A stretch of 64,000 nt of DNA from Daphnia carinata (GCF_022539665.2 NC_081331.1:12028001-12092000), one strand, 5' to 3'. Shown: positions 1 to 27,449, numbered from the stretch's first letter. Numbers and translations: made by a program. Notes: a model not told the origin generated them from the sequence alone.

Positions 1-3000
1 ATCGATGCAGCCCCCATACAATACTTTTCATCCCCCCTTTTTTTATTTTACTTTTCCCTGATACACGAGCTTCTCATTTAATAGGTTCTCTTTTATTTTG
101 CCCTGTATACTTGGCAGAAGTCATGGTGGTAATGCACCAAGTTGGGAATAATTAGGTTCATCGCTATTCTACAAACAAGACAATCCTCTCTCTCCGCCAA
201 AAAAAGGAACAAAATTAAATAAAACAGATGAATAGCTGAATTTCATATTCCCAAGACAATCAGTTTTTTGAGCCGGAGGAAATGCCACCGTCGCTATGAT
301 ACACATCCATATATTATTGCCAGAATAAATGATAACTGATGTGATTGCCTTCATTAGCATTTGTCTAACAGCGTATCTCTCCTTATACCCTATGGCGGTC
401 GTGACCGATTCGATCTTGCTGTGGTAAACGGAAGAAAAAAAAAGGGAGAAAATTATCAAATTATAAAAGAGAAAAGCGCAGGCAGAGATGCATCCATGAG
501 TGCGTGGATGTGTATATGGCTGGCTTGCAAAGGGAAAAGAAAAAAAGTTGGTATTGATTTGATGCCATACCGTGATGCGGGAGAGATGCAACCAGGAAGA
601 AGGGCTGGGGGAGGTCTCCGTCTATTGTGCGATGATGTTGCGCGTGTCTTGCTTTTGACATCTTTTGCCTGCTGACGTTGAAGTTTGTTTTGTTGTCACC
701 TTATCGCGTCACTCTCGTTATTTTGGATTCGCTGTTATTTCATTTTGCTTCTAAGGGCATGAAACGGATCGTTGGGCTTACGTTTCGAACTCAACAACAT
801 TGTAAATATAAACAAACAAATAGAAAGGACATTAATGAGGAGCTTTAAGGATTGGCGTGTTCTTCTAGATCTCATTGTTTCCTCATTATCTGCGATTTTA
901 TCAAAATTCAACTGCCTTTATTACGGATGTATTCCGCGACATTACCTTTGATGCTCCCAACCGTTGCTCGAATTTGCATTCCAATAAGAAATAATCATTT
1001 CCCATCGAAATCCGCGTAGTGGTTGCCATTCCCTGCTCGAACAATCACGTGCCACATGGAACAAGATGAAATCGAACAATAATAAGACTGGAACAATCAC
1101 GCAAATGAAACAGAATTGTGCGGAGAGAGCGACGTGACTTGTGTCGATTAACGTTGCGAATGATTGAACTTTAAAGGCTAATAACATATGGTTATACACG
1201 ATGCAGATTTTTGAAATTTACAGTCCATCAAATAATTTGGAAAACTCGTCGATAATAAAAATAATAGTGGTGGTAGCGCGGAACATTTTAACTTACGTAT
1301 GTAAGGGGAATTACAATGGAAATGTTCTACGAGCCAAGAAACAACAATCGGCCCTTGACTCTGTTCGCAAAAAAAAACCGGCCCTTTTTTATTAAGCAAC
1401 TAAATATTTGTTTTTTATTGCTGGGCTTTGTAGACTTGGTATAATTTAGTTGGCAGACTTACATTACGTCCAGTCTATTAGTTAAGCGATATTATTAAAA
1501 TCTGGCAAGATAATACATGGAATAGTCTCGTCAAAGTTGATAGAGCCCGCTCGGCAGGGCAGATGATAATAGAAAGATGGACGCATTATCGTATGAACTT
1601 GATTTCATAAGCTACAGCCACACATAATTTCTAAACCACAGAACGTGGGATCTTTTAGCTTTTGCGCCGAGAAAAAACAAAAACAAAAGCGAAACGAAAC
1701 AAGGAGAAACAAAAAAGGGTGTAGGTCTGCTAAATGCTATCTTGATCTTTGTCTTTTCTTCCTTCATCAAGCGGATGAAGGGAGCATTGGAACATTTTGC
1801 GCAACGGGGTATGTTCTCCACCAACTGAAAAGATCCAACCGAAATAGTAAATGAAGATAGCGCATAGACCAAAGAAGGAAAAATTATGACGAAATGCGGA
1901 TGTTGATTGCCTGATGTCAGTCAAAGAAACTAAGTGCGATCGGCTAACATATTAAGACAAGTGCAATTATTTTAAAGGGATATTGATCTTCATTCTTAAG
2001 GGAACTAGAGTGTCTTGTGTACGCACGGGCTACTATGAACGTTTTTAGAGCCTAAGTCTATATAATAGACGAGAGTGCGAGAATCCCTAGTTACAAGACA
2101 AGAGAATAAATGCCCTGATGTCTCCTACATCACCATCACCACCAGTTACCATATTTCTCCTTTCTTCTTCTTATATATTTAACGCCAGCGCTTCATTTCT
2201 TCTATAATGTAGCAAGAGCAATCGAATCTACGTAGAGTAAGAGCGCTTCTTCCACGTCATTGGTCCGTCATTTTCAGGCCCCATCAGTTTTTCTTATTCC
2301 CTATTTTTATGAGTGAACCAGATCGATTGGTATAAAGGAACTCTTTAAAACGGTATCACTCATTTGAAAACAAAAATTGAAAGTTACTCCAACTTGCATT
2401 TCCGGGAAAACAAGTCCCACTTCAAACACATGATCACCCTAGTTATATATTTAGAAACTGGCTAGCGAATCACCATCGTCTTCGAGCATGAAGTAGAAAA
2501 CAATGCAGACGTTCGTGCCGCTCATTTGTAAAGTTTATACGATTTGACATGCAACCATAAAACATCGGTGCAACATCAAATAAACATGTGCTTTTTCTTG
2601 CTCACTGTTTATTTTAGGCACAAGAAAGGAAACCCGTCTCGTTTGGCATAGCCACATCAGAATACTATTTGTGTAATAAGGCACCTGGAATTAGAGTTCG
2701 TGATAATGGCACGATTCTTGTCGCTATGTGCGTTGTGCGTAAGTTATATTACGCACGGTCGTTTTCTTGCGCATATGTTATTATCGGAAAATAATGTACG
2801 CAAGACTTGTTTCGTGAACACGTCGCGATATAACATTTCTATAGCGACGCCAAGAACAAAATGGTGTTGCTCTTATGTACGAATGACCTTTTCTGGAGTT
2901 TTACATTCATTAGTAGGAGTTCCCGTTAAAAATAAATATAAAATAAAGATTGGTGCAATAGGTGTTGATAAGAGGACGAGCATAAGCTGCTAGGGTAATG

Positions 3001-6000
3001 TACAGTATGTAAGGAAGACGGGCCGGGTAAAAGATGTCAGAAGTGGAAGAGAAAATGAAACAGAACAAACTTGGGGAAAAACAGGGAAGCTTTCTCCGAG
3101 AAAATGGCACAACAGAGGCCGGAAAAAGTAGGGGAGAAGATAATAAACAATACGGACGGAAATTCAACCTATGCGATGGTCGCTATCCACTCCCGTCATT
3201 TTCGATGTTCTATCACTTCTTGTTTAGTTCTTTCGATAAATATGTCAGCCAATGCGTAAGGCAAACAAAACTGAACACTTTTAGATAGCTGCAACAAATG
3301 TTACGTTACGATTACGAGAGCTGTGTAAATAGTTAAACTTAACATTATGCAATTTGACATCTTGCTGCTTAAATCACATTCCTATTCCTACGCTTCAATG
3401 GTTAGAGCTTTCAAAGTACCCAATGGCGGCCTGTATTCAGACGTGGGGATACGGTATGAGAATGACCTAATATGCTCTTTCCGGTGCGGCCCAAATGGCA
3501 CGATTGCTCATGCCCATCAACACAGCCGCATGACGTCAGCAATCCAAAGGAAATGGGTGTGGTAAAAGAAAGACGAAGAAAAAAAAAATATATTACCTTC
3601 AAGTTGTAGATGATGAGAGATGAAATTGCCAAATGAAATAAAACTCCATTCCGGTAGCTATGGGATACCATGATATATAGCTTTTGTCTGCAAGACGGTA
3701 TCGTTTTAGTTCCTGTGTATGTAGAACCATAATAAAAAGCACCGTCACCCTTGGTTCCTTCCTCCTATATTACACAATTTTTTTCCCCACGTCTTCAACG
3801 CCACAGCGGACGCGATGGTTATAGCTGATTGGCCACAAACCGTGGGGCGAAATGTGTGTTCTCAATACAACTGGTGACAGTTTTAAATATAGCCTTTCGA
3901 TAGTAATTCAGAGAAATAAAGAGGGAAAACACGACATAGCTAACAAAAAAAAGGAGAAAGCATTAGTTTTTATCGGCTGTTGGTTTGGCATTGCAGTTTT
4001 ACAATTGCTTATAGCTGCTGAACGTAAACAACTTCTTAATAATCAGCGGAAAAAAGTGGTGATATTCACCTTTTATTTGTCCCAATCTTTTCATTATGAT
4101 GGCGACTTGATGAAAATGAGAAGCTACATTGTAAAGCGATGCGTACATGTCGATCTACGATTACTTCTATACAAGAGGAGCCTCCATTTAGTTTGAGCGT
4201 CTTGGCCTGCTCTGTTATAATGTCTCTTTGAACGACGGGGCAGTCCGCGGTCTTTCTTCGATCTTAGAACTGACGAGAAAATGATTTCGATTTCATGCTA
4301 CGCCTTATGTGCACTGAAAACAAGAGATATCAATCATGACACATAGGCCGCGAAAGAATTAAAACAAGGATGGATCACAATGAGTCGTCGGTGATGCTTC
4401 TCTTCTGTTGACAGCCCTGAAGTGCCATTCTAATGGCAATGCTAAAGTGAAACGAATTGGAGCCGAGAAAAGAAAACGAATTGTGGCCAACTTTTATCGC
4501 CGTTTTCCCATTTAAGGAAGATGAAGGCTGAGACAGAGAGATATAGAGGATAGTATACGAAAAGCGACTCTAGTCTGAGTTGTTGAGGCATCCGAATTTG
4601 CGCTCCGCACGAAGAGAAGAAAAAAAAGGGAAAGAGTTAGCATCGATCGTGAAGCTACGTCAAAAAGCGGGAATCCCACGAGGCGAACGGGATGAGGCCA
4701 AAAGAGTATACGGACTTATACATCGAGTATATTTTGTGAGTGTGTGCGTGTGTCAGTTGGCGCGGAGGCTTCTACCCCCGTCATTTTCTACAGTCGTCCA
4801 CTTCTGTTCTATAAAAGAAGCCAATACCTCTTTTTGATTCTGTCCGTCTCATTCCTCCTCTTCATCATTTTCCCTCGCAGACTTTTCTTCTGTCTTTTTA
4901 TTCTTTCCTTTCTCGCCCTTTTATGGTTATCGGCTCCATAATGGACCCCTTCGTCCCGCTCGCTTTCGTTTCCACTATCACAAACGATGCAATTCTTTTT
5001 TTTTTTTGCGTCGAGAAGCAGCACAAGAGCTACTGTGTACATATTTGGTAATGGGCGTAGTTTTTCCTTTTTTTTCCCCTTTTATAAACGCTACACTTCT
5101 TTTTCTCTTTTGCCCTTCCACCTTTATTCCTTTATGTCAACAGTTGCTCGAGATAATTGAAGGACGCTTATCTTTATTGTAAACGTAGCATAAAACGGCT
5201 TGAAAACACAGGCACGTAAACAATGGAGCACTATAATTGGATAGAAATTATAGCAAGAAAACTTAGCATTCGTCCGTTACGTTTATAAAGATTTTAGGAA
5301 TTGCCTTACCAACGAATGTATCACGTTCGCCATAATGCACACCGTCGCGCGAATGTTTAAAAATATGTTGCGTTGTAACGAACCTAGTTGTGTCATTAGA
5401 CAAATCGTGAAATGTCAACTGGGAAAAATATGTTTATTCGTAACTATTACAAAATTAATTAAACAGCAAAGGGGACAAAGTGCATCAAATAGGACCGTAA
5501 AGTAAAAATAAAAAAAAGAGCTTCGGTTCAATTAAATAACGTATTTTGTTGTCGGTTGTACTGTAAGGAGTTGGTAAAAATGTGAAACATAACACATGTG
5601 GAAGAGGGCTATTCTAATTTATTGGTCTGCACGTCACTTTATGTAGACGTGTATTACGTATTACTTCTCATTTAGAGGCAGTCCGCCTGGCTACCCACTA
5701 TTAACCGATCGCCGTTTGCAGGGTCTTTGTGGTCGTCACTCACTTGGGTATTGGCTGAGAACACGAAACCACGTAGGATTGAATTATTTTGCTTTTGTTC
5801 CTTGTTCTCTGTTCGCATCGTGCCTTTCATTCTCTCCCACACTCGTAGACCGAGGTCACACCCACATAAATATATAGCCTACGTTGATACCGATCTGGAT
5901 ATACGCATGCCACTAAAAAAAATGTAGGTAAATGCATTACAGTGCACATAAGAATGACTCATTTGGCTGATCTGCAGAATAAATGATAAAGATCTATACG

Positions 6001-9000
6001 TCCTGAGTGTACAATCTTGTAGGTTTACACTTACATAATATTAAAGGTAGTACAGCTAGAGAGTTGGATACTCCCACATTGTAAGTACTTATCCGCTTTT
6101 CTGTATGATATCTTTGTATTTATTAATATCGTTTAATATTTGAAGCTAAGTGCGGGATAGAGCTTTATGGATCAGTTCGCCCTTGCAGGTTATGTAGTTC
6201 CGTTTTTTAAAGTTTCCCGGTATTAACAGACAAACATTTTCACGACCGTGTAAACCAGCAGCGGACGGTAGAAATAAGTGAAATAAACAAAGCGCAGAAG
6301 AGGATTTTGAAAGGGAAGTTACGACGATATCGTAGATAAAAGGCCCTTCCCATTTATTTATAGATATATATTTAATTTAACCCGTTCTCATGCCTCAACG
6401 CGCATTTTTTTTTTGAGGCAGCATTAATCTCTTAAAGCAAAAAGAATGATGCGTTCTGATGTACATTGTGAAATTCACTTTGAGTTCTACATGTTTTTCC
6501 TGAGACATGTCAGGTCGTTGACGTTAATTTGCTTTGTACTTGGTGTTGTGAAATGGATCTTTTTCTGTTGTTTTAAAATTTTTAAAAATAACATTCTGTT
6601 ACTTAAGCAACTCATTTTTTTCCTTCCCGCTTATATGAATTCTTCTTCGTTCCACAGTATAGGGGAGCTGTTACGTAAACACATTTTTTTTTCTTTATAG
6701 CACTTCATCCCCGTTTCGCTCTTTTTATTTTCTATCTGTTCCTTTCCTCTTTTCAAATTAGTCGGGTCATCCCCTTTCCTCAGTAACGAGGCTGCTCGCC
6801 CCACTATGAGCCTCTACGTTATCAGCAGTTGCTGGGCCTTATAGTTAAACAACGAACACGGCCAACAGGTTCTCTCTTGTCGTCGCCGGGCGTCACTTGA
6901 GCACGCACAAACAATCGCACGGCCTCTCCATAATCATTTTGATTCGTCTGTCTAACACAGTGTCCCAGTTTTGCTACCCATTTCTTTACAGAAAAGAATG
7001 GGATCAAAACCTCTTTGAAGGCTTTTCTTCTACAGTCCTCTCTCACCTTTGGCCTACCTAATCTGTCTTTACGTGGTTTTTACATCGTCGTCATTCATCC
7101 ACCCGAAAGTATCTTCGTTCACACAAACAATATAGTCCTGCGATGTGTGCCATTTAAAATGGTCTTTTGCTGCGCAAAATGAGCAGAAATCGAACTTAGT
7201 TAATCGATCTTAATTTTATCGTTGATAGGTGCAGGTGTGCTGACGGTACGTAAGATATTGCTTTTGTATTCACTGTTAGGCCTACGTGGTTGACGAGTGA
7301 TAGCGAAATTCTCTATCGTATGTTTTCGATCGTATTTTTGTGAAATTTCGGGTATATTGGACTGTTTACTCATCCAAGTGCTTAGCAATAGTGTGCATAG
7401 TATTTGTTCGATTGACACACGTGTATATGCCGTACATTTAGCCAAAAAGCATCCCGTCCTTATTGCACTCTGGCAAATGCGCTAACGGTCTTCGATTTCT
7501 ATTGTAGGGAAACGAGAAGCGAAAGGCAGTTAGTGTGAAGTAAGAAGCAAATTCCGTTTGAATATATTGGCTGATGCATTTTTTTAGCAAATATATTCAA
7601 CCCTTCACCTTTTAGTAATGCCCTTCTTCATGGAAAAGCACTTCACACACATATACCTTTGTTATATGCCGAAATACAGCTATCCATCGTATTTTCTGAT
7701 TTCTTGCTGACTTATTCCAAGTTCTATTATCTTTCCTTTTCCTCGATTTTTTTTTTCAAGTTAACACCAAGAAGATTTTCAAGTACTGCAGAAAAAATGA
7801 GAACCGAAAATCGAAGAGCTGTTGAACTTTAATAAAGAAGTGAATCGGAACTTTATCATCTAGACTCCTATATCACAAACGTCCTAATGCGCAGTGGAAG
7901 ATTTCGGTTCGTTCCGTTTTCCTGGGTGATAAACAGTTTTCTACTTGGTTGGAACAAGACGGTTCGAAAATTCAGAAAAAAATTTGAACGTTGAGTTTGC
8001 TGCAATGGCTTTTGTCATTTCAGAGATACCCAGATTCTTTAAATAAAATTATTGATATTAGTCGGGCTTAATGTGGACAATCGGCCAATTCCATCTGTGG
8101 CATTCGCTCGATGCCAAATATTTCAGCGAGGCAACGTCGTCCTACCTGTTTGTCGTTAATCAATCTCTTCTTGTATTGTTCTCATTATTCTCAACAAAGT
8201 GTGGTGTGAAAATGGAGTTTTATTTTGTCGCCTCCTCGTGAATGGAATGCACAGTAACATAGATTTTAAACGTGCATACTGGTGACTCGTGGTGATCGTG
8301 GTGCGTGATCACACAAAGGGCCGGTCGACACTACCCACGGTCATTTTCTTTTCTCGTTCCGCTTATCTTTTGCTTTTTACTTTCTTCCCCCGCCTTTGTT
8401 AAGTGTCATTCCCTTTTCATCTTGCTTTTCTTTTAAAGTCAATTCTCATTTTTTCCTACCATTTTGACCAACACATTTTTTTCTGTATTGGTGCAAACTC
8501 TTAGAAGCCTTCAGTCAGCCTCCGTGAATTATGCATGACATTCGACTTATGCTGACGACATTTTTTTTTCTGCAGCAGTTTTTCTTTTCTTTACTAACTG
8601 TAGAGCACAGCTGCGATGAACTGAAATCTTTGCCTTTTTGATACGCCTACGCCCGGGAGTACGGAGAGGAGAAGAGAGTCAGATCAAGAAAATCGGAAAG
8701 TGTAAACGTACCAAAAGGCCCATAGCTATCTCGCCTTGTATAGCACAGAATAAAAAACATATAAGAGAACGTTCGGGCTTTGCATACAGTGCAACCGAGT
8801 GAAAGATTATTTTTATTTATTCTGCTTACCTCTTCGAATGCAACAGAATAAAAAAAAACACAAAAGAAAAAATGGGGTGAAACTATATTTGATACTACAT
8901 GTAAAGGAAATCACAAATCCTCAGTACATATCTAAAATATCAAATTATTTGTGTCTGTCTCTAGAGTCCCAACTAACTTTCACCTACATACATGAAGAGA

Positions 9001-10358
9001 TAACAATGGAAGATAAAAAAATCATACTGAATGAGTTGTTAAACTAAGAAACTGAGGCATTCGTTTTTCTTCTTAGTATAAGTTGATGAGCACATCATGC
9101 ACGCCCTTCCGTTAAGCCATTAAAAAACAACTGCTTCTCGCCGAATCAGATGTTTAGCGGATGAAAACCCGAATATAAAGAGCCCGCGATGACAGTAATT
9201 TTTTATTTCGATAGAGAAGTACACCATGCCCTCCACGCGACATATAATTCTGATGACGAGTAGTATTGGAGCTGCCATTGATGCGTCAAAGAACGTCGGT
9301 TGGAAATGGAGGCAAATTAAAGTTTTTCAATATTTATCGCATCGTCACTGCATAGACTATTATTCACCATGTTAGGACTTTTTTTACGTGTAAGTTGGTT
9401 CGAGAAAATAATTCGGTGAGACATCTTAAATGATCATTTATCTCACGGGTAACTGGGATACACAGGTTGCAACGGAGACGAACGTGGCTTGTCCGTTTGA
9501 TCTACTGACTTGATATAATAAAGTCATGCTCTTATTAACAGGTCACAGAGTGTGAGAGTAAGAGTCTTTGACAATGTCATGCAAAAAAAAAAGATAAATG
9601 AAAGGAATAAGAAGGTTGGACTGGAACGCTTAGGCGGGCACTCTGGAGAACAAACGTCGTCCTTGAAAAGTTTATTGCCTCGATCTACTGTTCACCAAAT
9701 TTTTATGTAGGCATTCACTAGCAGACTTAAAAGGCGCAATATCATTACGTGCAATTTGAGAAGATCCCAGAATCCGAGGCTCATCGATTTCGTTTTTCTT
9801 CCGCTATCCCACGACGTTTTGTAGGCAAACTGTTTCAAGCGAGTCCACTTCAAATTATGTAGAACGAGCTTTAACTTACGGCTTTTCGTAAACAATTTTC
9901 ACTTTTGATCTCTTTCCCCTATTTTGCTATCACAGAATGTCATAGTTCAAGGAAGAGAAATAACTGATCGTACTTTCGTGAAGCGTTCGTGAGATAAATG
10001 TAACAACCTTTGCCGATGTGAAAATGAATTCACGTTCGTATAGGTCACCTGGAATCTTTAAGGTAAACCTTTCGTGAATATGATAACAGTGAATTTAGGT
10101 GTGAAATGGGCGTTGGAGTGTATAGTAGTTACAGTAACACAGAAAACGATACAAAATGTTAGTACAGATTTTGACTTTGATTTCCTTTGATATAGTTGAT
10201 CACGATATACTTGATACACGTAACTTTGAATCTGAATAGCTCAAAAACCATGAATTCCTCGAAAAAATGGAATAAATTTTTATGATTGTCGTTAAATTTT
10301 GCATCTAAATCATTTATATTTATAGCTATATTTAAGATTTTTAAAAATGAATGAAAAC

Positions 10359-10414
10359 TCGGGCTTATTTCGTCGGACTTATTTCGTCGGGCTTATTTTT
10401 GTTGGGCTTAAATC
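10359..10414. repeat. Short tandem repeat, unit of about 14 bp (TCGGGCTTATTTCG), about 4 degenerate copies
   Basis: tcgggcttatttcg / tcggacttatttcg / tcgggcttatttttg / ttgggcttaaatc read directly from the sequence. Confidence 0.75.
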
Positions 10415-13400
10415 TCGGCAGTTTTTGAATAACACGATATTAAGCAGTTTGGCCGCGTACATTTTCCCGCTGTGCGTAACCTCTGTAACACATACGCCCT
10501 CTCTCGCTCAATTCGTTACGTACCATAGAAAGCTTTTGAAATATTTCTGGAGATTCAGGTTCAAGAATCAGGAAAATGTTTGACAATTAGGGTGGCAAGT
10601 GATCCCCGCTTTTCTGATAATGAGAGCACAAGACCATCTCAGCACACTCGGGTTCAGATCAGACATTTCCAATGAAAGACTCACAATGTGCAAGGCTACT
10701 CTTTGCCTATAATCATGAATGATTGCTTCTTTCATACGAAATCAGAGACACAAACGACATCATGCAACGCCTAGGCAATGTCTAGGCACAGGGTAGGATC
10801 CCTACTCTGTTGACGATTTACGTCACGGAGACCCCTCTCTCATAGCCCATCAAGGAGACGCGTAATGATCTGACATGCAATCAGACCCATATGCAATTTA
10901 AAGACGACTGCGGGCCTGATGACGGTCGAATGTATCCCGGCGTGCCAATGTAAACGAAGACTTGGGGCTGTCAAATTATTCGAGCAGTGTATGGTGTGGC
11001 ACGACCACTAAAATCTCGCCGTGCTTAAAATATAATTTATCAGTGTATTTCTATAATGATTTATCAACCGCTGAATTCCTTTTGCGATAGAAGAAATGTG
11101 AGAAGAGATGGCATGGTTAATTTTAAGGATCTAGAAGTTTCAAACGTGCAACTGAAATGTAACCTATAGTGTCAAGAAAAGATGCGGCACTCAGTTTTTG
11201 ATGATGTGATGAACGTTTCGTTGTTATGTGGCTTTCATGCTATCAGTATTATTGCATCTCTCAGCGTGTTGGTCGTAGATTATCTGTTTGACGTCAGGCT
11301 TGGGAGAACAGGCGTTCGTGTAAAATGTGTAGACGGTTCCTGTCGTTGTGAATAGAAAGGAAACACTTATTGCTGTGGAAGAATGCGTGACATATACAGT
11401 CAAACCTCACCGGCTCATGGAGTAAATATATCTGATTGCCGACAGTTTGGCAACATGCCCAAATACAATTGCTTGTTTGTCTACAAATGCTGATCCGTTG
11501 AATTTGATGGAAACGATGTATTTTCGTGCATTTTTTGTCGTCGAGCAAATAGCAAGTATCGGCGTACGCAGATTGTCAAACAGTATGAGCCTATAATACC
11601 ACATCATGCATATGCAGTGAATAAACACAATAGGAATAACAAGAAGTAATAACGACAGAAATCAATATATTTCGATTTCATATCTGTACCGGCATCTAGC
11701 CACAGGCTGAGAAGTTTTCGCGCAGCACCATACGCGAGCAGAAATAGAAAGAGAGATGGATAGTCACCACGCTTCGCTGATCTAGGCTAAATCCGTATTT
11801 CCTATGAACATTGAGTGTGTCAATACTGGGCTAGACTGTAGAAATAAGTAATGAATCGACGCCCCAACTTTTCTTCAGAGAAAAATGCAGAGTAGGATCC
11901 ACGAAATCCGTTTCCTCTGTGAACAAGCTCGTGCGGATATTCGTATACTAGTATAATAATAAGGTATTCTACATAGCATAATAGACGACGCATAACGTAT
12001 AGGTAAGTCGGAGAAAAGCTTCTTCTGATGTGGCTTTTAATGTGATTGTGCTGGATGCGACATCCACTCCGCATCACGGATGCATGACACTTATTGGTAC
12101 ACGTAGGATTTAGGGCAGGCAAATAGAAACAACGTCTAACGAAACGAAATTCAACAAAGAGCAAACAACGTTGCACAAAGATTTTTTTTTTAAGGCTGGA
12201 AAGGCATTGATATTTTTACTTCTAATGCTATGACTAGAGCTCGAGAAGTGATATGGGATTTCAGCTACATAAATGTAAATACGTCTTATTTTTGTTTTTC
12301 TTTTCGCTTTCCCTGTTGTACCATCCCACTGCGTATATGCTAGAAATAGGGCACAGTAAGAAGATAGTATTGAAAAGTCTAGCAGTATTTTTGTCAAAGT
12401 TTTATTTGATACGTAAGTTAATGTTGCGTTTTCCTATTCTCAAATAATCCTCCATGCATTTTTAACTGACATTTTTTATGCTTTGAACATTTGCGTGTTA
12501 TTGAAGCTTCTTATCAACCGCATCCCATTTCTTGCCACGTATTTAAGTAAAATCCTATCACTGACAACGTAAAAAAACATTTTAAGCCCTATAGTAGAAA
12601 GTTATGCAAAAATTGTGCCTGATGTACGTGCCCACAATATAATACAAAACGATCGATTCTGGTTACAATCAACTTTTCTGTATTCTAGCACAAAAAACCT
12701 ATTTCATCACCCTAGTCGCAGAGCTGATTGTCCAGCACTTTTTTTTATTTCCACGAAATAGGAAGAGGAGAGGAAAAATACAAATCAATGTTCGATTTAT
12801 GTTGCAGCCCGTGATTCGCGTCCTGATTAGATTTTAGAGAAATCCTACGCGCCGTTAGTAGGCAACGTACGGAAGCGAGCCTTCTTCTGGATTGCTGGAT
12901 TGAGCTATCGATATTTCAATATGTTTCCGTTTGGACGAATCCAACTACATTTGCTGTCTGATGGCATAAGGTCTACTTGGCCTGGGGAAGAACTCTCCGC
13001 CTTGTACCCTCTAACCAATATCCGATGATCGAGAATTTTGATATTGCCATTTCCTACCTACAGCCATTCGTCATTAATTCACGCGCATAATTTTCGCAGA
13101 CAAACGCAGAAAATGGAGGGAAATCTAGGGAAAGAACGCCTCTCTCATCAGATCTAAATTTTTGCGTCGTTTTAGCCCCGTCTGTCAGTTGGCCATTACG
13201 TGGAACCAATCAAAGTACGATACTACGGTTTCCCTGGAATAGAAAAAAAACATATTTAGAAAAGAAAATAGCAAATATTCTACGACATCTTCCACCTTCA
13301 TTGATTCAGCTTTATCATAAAGTCTCTCTTGCCTCACACTGTAATCAAATAGGATGTCGAGACCCATGCCCGGACGATTTCCGCTTTACATTAAATACCG

Positions 13401-14739
13401 TATTCAATTTGACCTTCCGTCGTTTTGGGCCACTGATGGGAGAGTCGACGAGCCGCAGCTGTGTCCCCCTTTTCTATTTCTCTCGCTCCGTTCTGCATCC
13501 TATTGCGTAATCACGTTGGATGGAGCGTGAGCGTACGATGACGAGAGAAAGAGGAGCCATCTGCAAATGGGAAACAGCCCTAATACCGATCGAGAACTTC
13601 TTCCCCCGTAGGGAAGCGGTAGAAAGCCTAGCTATTTTTCCAGAAGGTCTTAAGAGGGTCGTCGATAGCCGACCGTATACTTCAATAGCTGCTGCATATA
13701 AATTGTATGGCGCCTATATACAGAACCCGAAACTCCAACGGTGATTTCGTTACGTGGGATAACTTTGTTACGGCAGTTATCGTTTTCCTCTTCATCCGGC
13801 GACGCGATTTACTCCACGTCAATCATCTTCCTCCACTAAATCGAAAGCCAGCAAAGCGAAAATGAAAGCCTGGAGTAGATGTGAACCTAAACAACTATAG
13901 TTTTAGTATAGTAAAATGTCATAAAAGTATACAGATAAAACAGTGAGTAAAAGAATGAACGAAGGGTTTATCAAAGATGAGAATGTGTTGTATTAAAACG
14001 TATGACCTGTCTGTCATTTGGGGATCTTTAAATTGATTTCATTTTTGTCAATTTTATACAAATCCTTGCGCAGCGATTATGTCCATCATTAGCGTTCAAT
14101 ACAAATTTAAGGCTATAAAAAATCGATTAGATCTACATTCAGCATAGTGATCTCCGCTTCAGACCCTAGTCTCAAAAATAAGAACAACCATTGCAAAAAA
14201 GAAGGGTCCAACGAGTAGAAAAAACCGCCCATGTTCTGTTTTCCGTTTAAAAAATGAAATGCCAAAGGTAAAACAGCAAGGGCAAAAGTGTCGGTGTAGG
14301 CAAGGATCGCTCCGGAATGGAGTGTAAACAGTATGTATACAGCGTATACATTATCCACTACTAGCCAAATATTTTAGCCTAACTTTCCTTTAAAATAGTA
14401 CATCAAGTTATATGCAAGTGTTGATTGCTGATTTATAGCAAGTTTTAAAGAGGGAATCGTGTCTAAAGGTGAAGAAACAAAAGAACATGTGGAGATGGCA
14501 AGATGTACGCGGTAGAAACTTAGGGTAGTGTTAGATAGTGACTTGTTTTCCCCCCCTCTCAACAGGCTAGATCAATAAATAACCAGAGCGACATTGAAAA
14601 CACCGAGAGGGGTATTAGAAATTATGGCGACAACTCGTGAGGTAGCGAGGGGTATATTCCAGGAAGTTACCGTGTTATAAACTTTTGAATAAAAAAAAAA
14701 AAGGAAAAACGTGAAAAAGGTGGTAAATAGTAATCTATC

Positions 14740-26677
<11,938 letters not shown>

Positions 26678-27441
26678 GTTGAAATGCGTGATGTACAAAT
26701 AAACCAATGAAGAAGAGAACATTCACTGGGTTGACACTCACTGGAATACAAGAAATTCCAATCGTCGATGTCGGTAGATCACCGTCCAAAACATCTCGCA
26801 CTGGTCACTGAATCCGGTACTAGATATCGTAGAAGATATGGAGCCAACGGACCATTCTTCATACACAACTCGAGTGAAACTAGACTGAACGAAAACTCGT
26901 CCGAGTTATACCCAAACGCCAGGAAAAGTCACAGCAACAGTTCGAGAACGCAGTTCCACATTCCCAGCAAAGTTTAAATATAGACAGCGGAGGACGTTCG
27001 GTTAGGATCGCAAGGTTGGGAGGGCATAGCAAGAGAAGGGAAGTGAGCATCGGTGCATCTTGATGGAAAAAAAAAACGAAACCTCTTACACGCATAGATA
27101 CTGTGTCTTCGTCTGGCTGGCGACATTGCTTGCCACTTTTTTCTGTCTGTCTTCTAAAATTCCATTTCATGCGCTAGTCTGAATTGGCAGAGGTGGGACC
27201 TGTCTAGGCGGCAGAGAACCTCAAATGAAACAATTTTTTCACTTCGTTGATTTTGATTTTTGATTTTTTTTTCTTGAAAATATGGGAAATGAAATCGAAG
27301 TGTCCTTGCTGATTGCCACGATTACTGCACATGGTGTTGTATACAGCAGGGAACGCTAGAATGGATGTTGGAATCTATGGCGCAAAACAATGCGAACCGA
27401 ATTCCATAACGTCCAATCGATCTTGGTGTCGCCACACTTAC

Positions 27442-27449
27442 CTCATTTT
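27442..27449 (-). other. Candidate 5'UTR microexon (AAAATGAG), or at least the 3' end of a 5'UTR exon, of neuroligin A
   Basis: tttattttcttgtttgttttag|AAAATGAG|gtaagt: a strong acceptor and a perfect donor 8 nt apart, about 765 nt upstream of the start codon. Confidence 0.45.

Noticed and set aside
1..14700. Many 60-140 aa ORFs, plus scattered plus-strand splice-like or Inr-like signals (e.g. TCAGTT near 4753, TACTAAC-TGTAG near 8593)
   Set aside because: The translations are low-complexity F/L/K-rich products of AT-rich DNA, and no coherent exon chain could be built.
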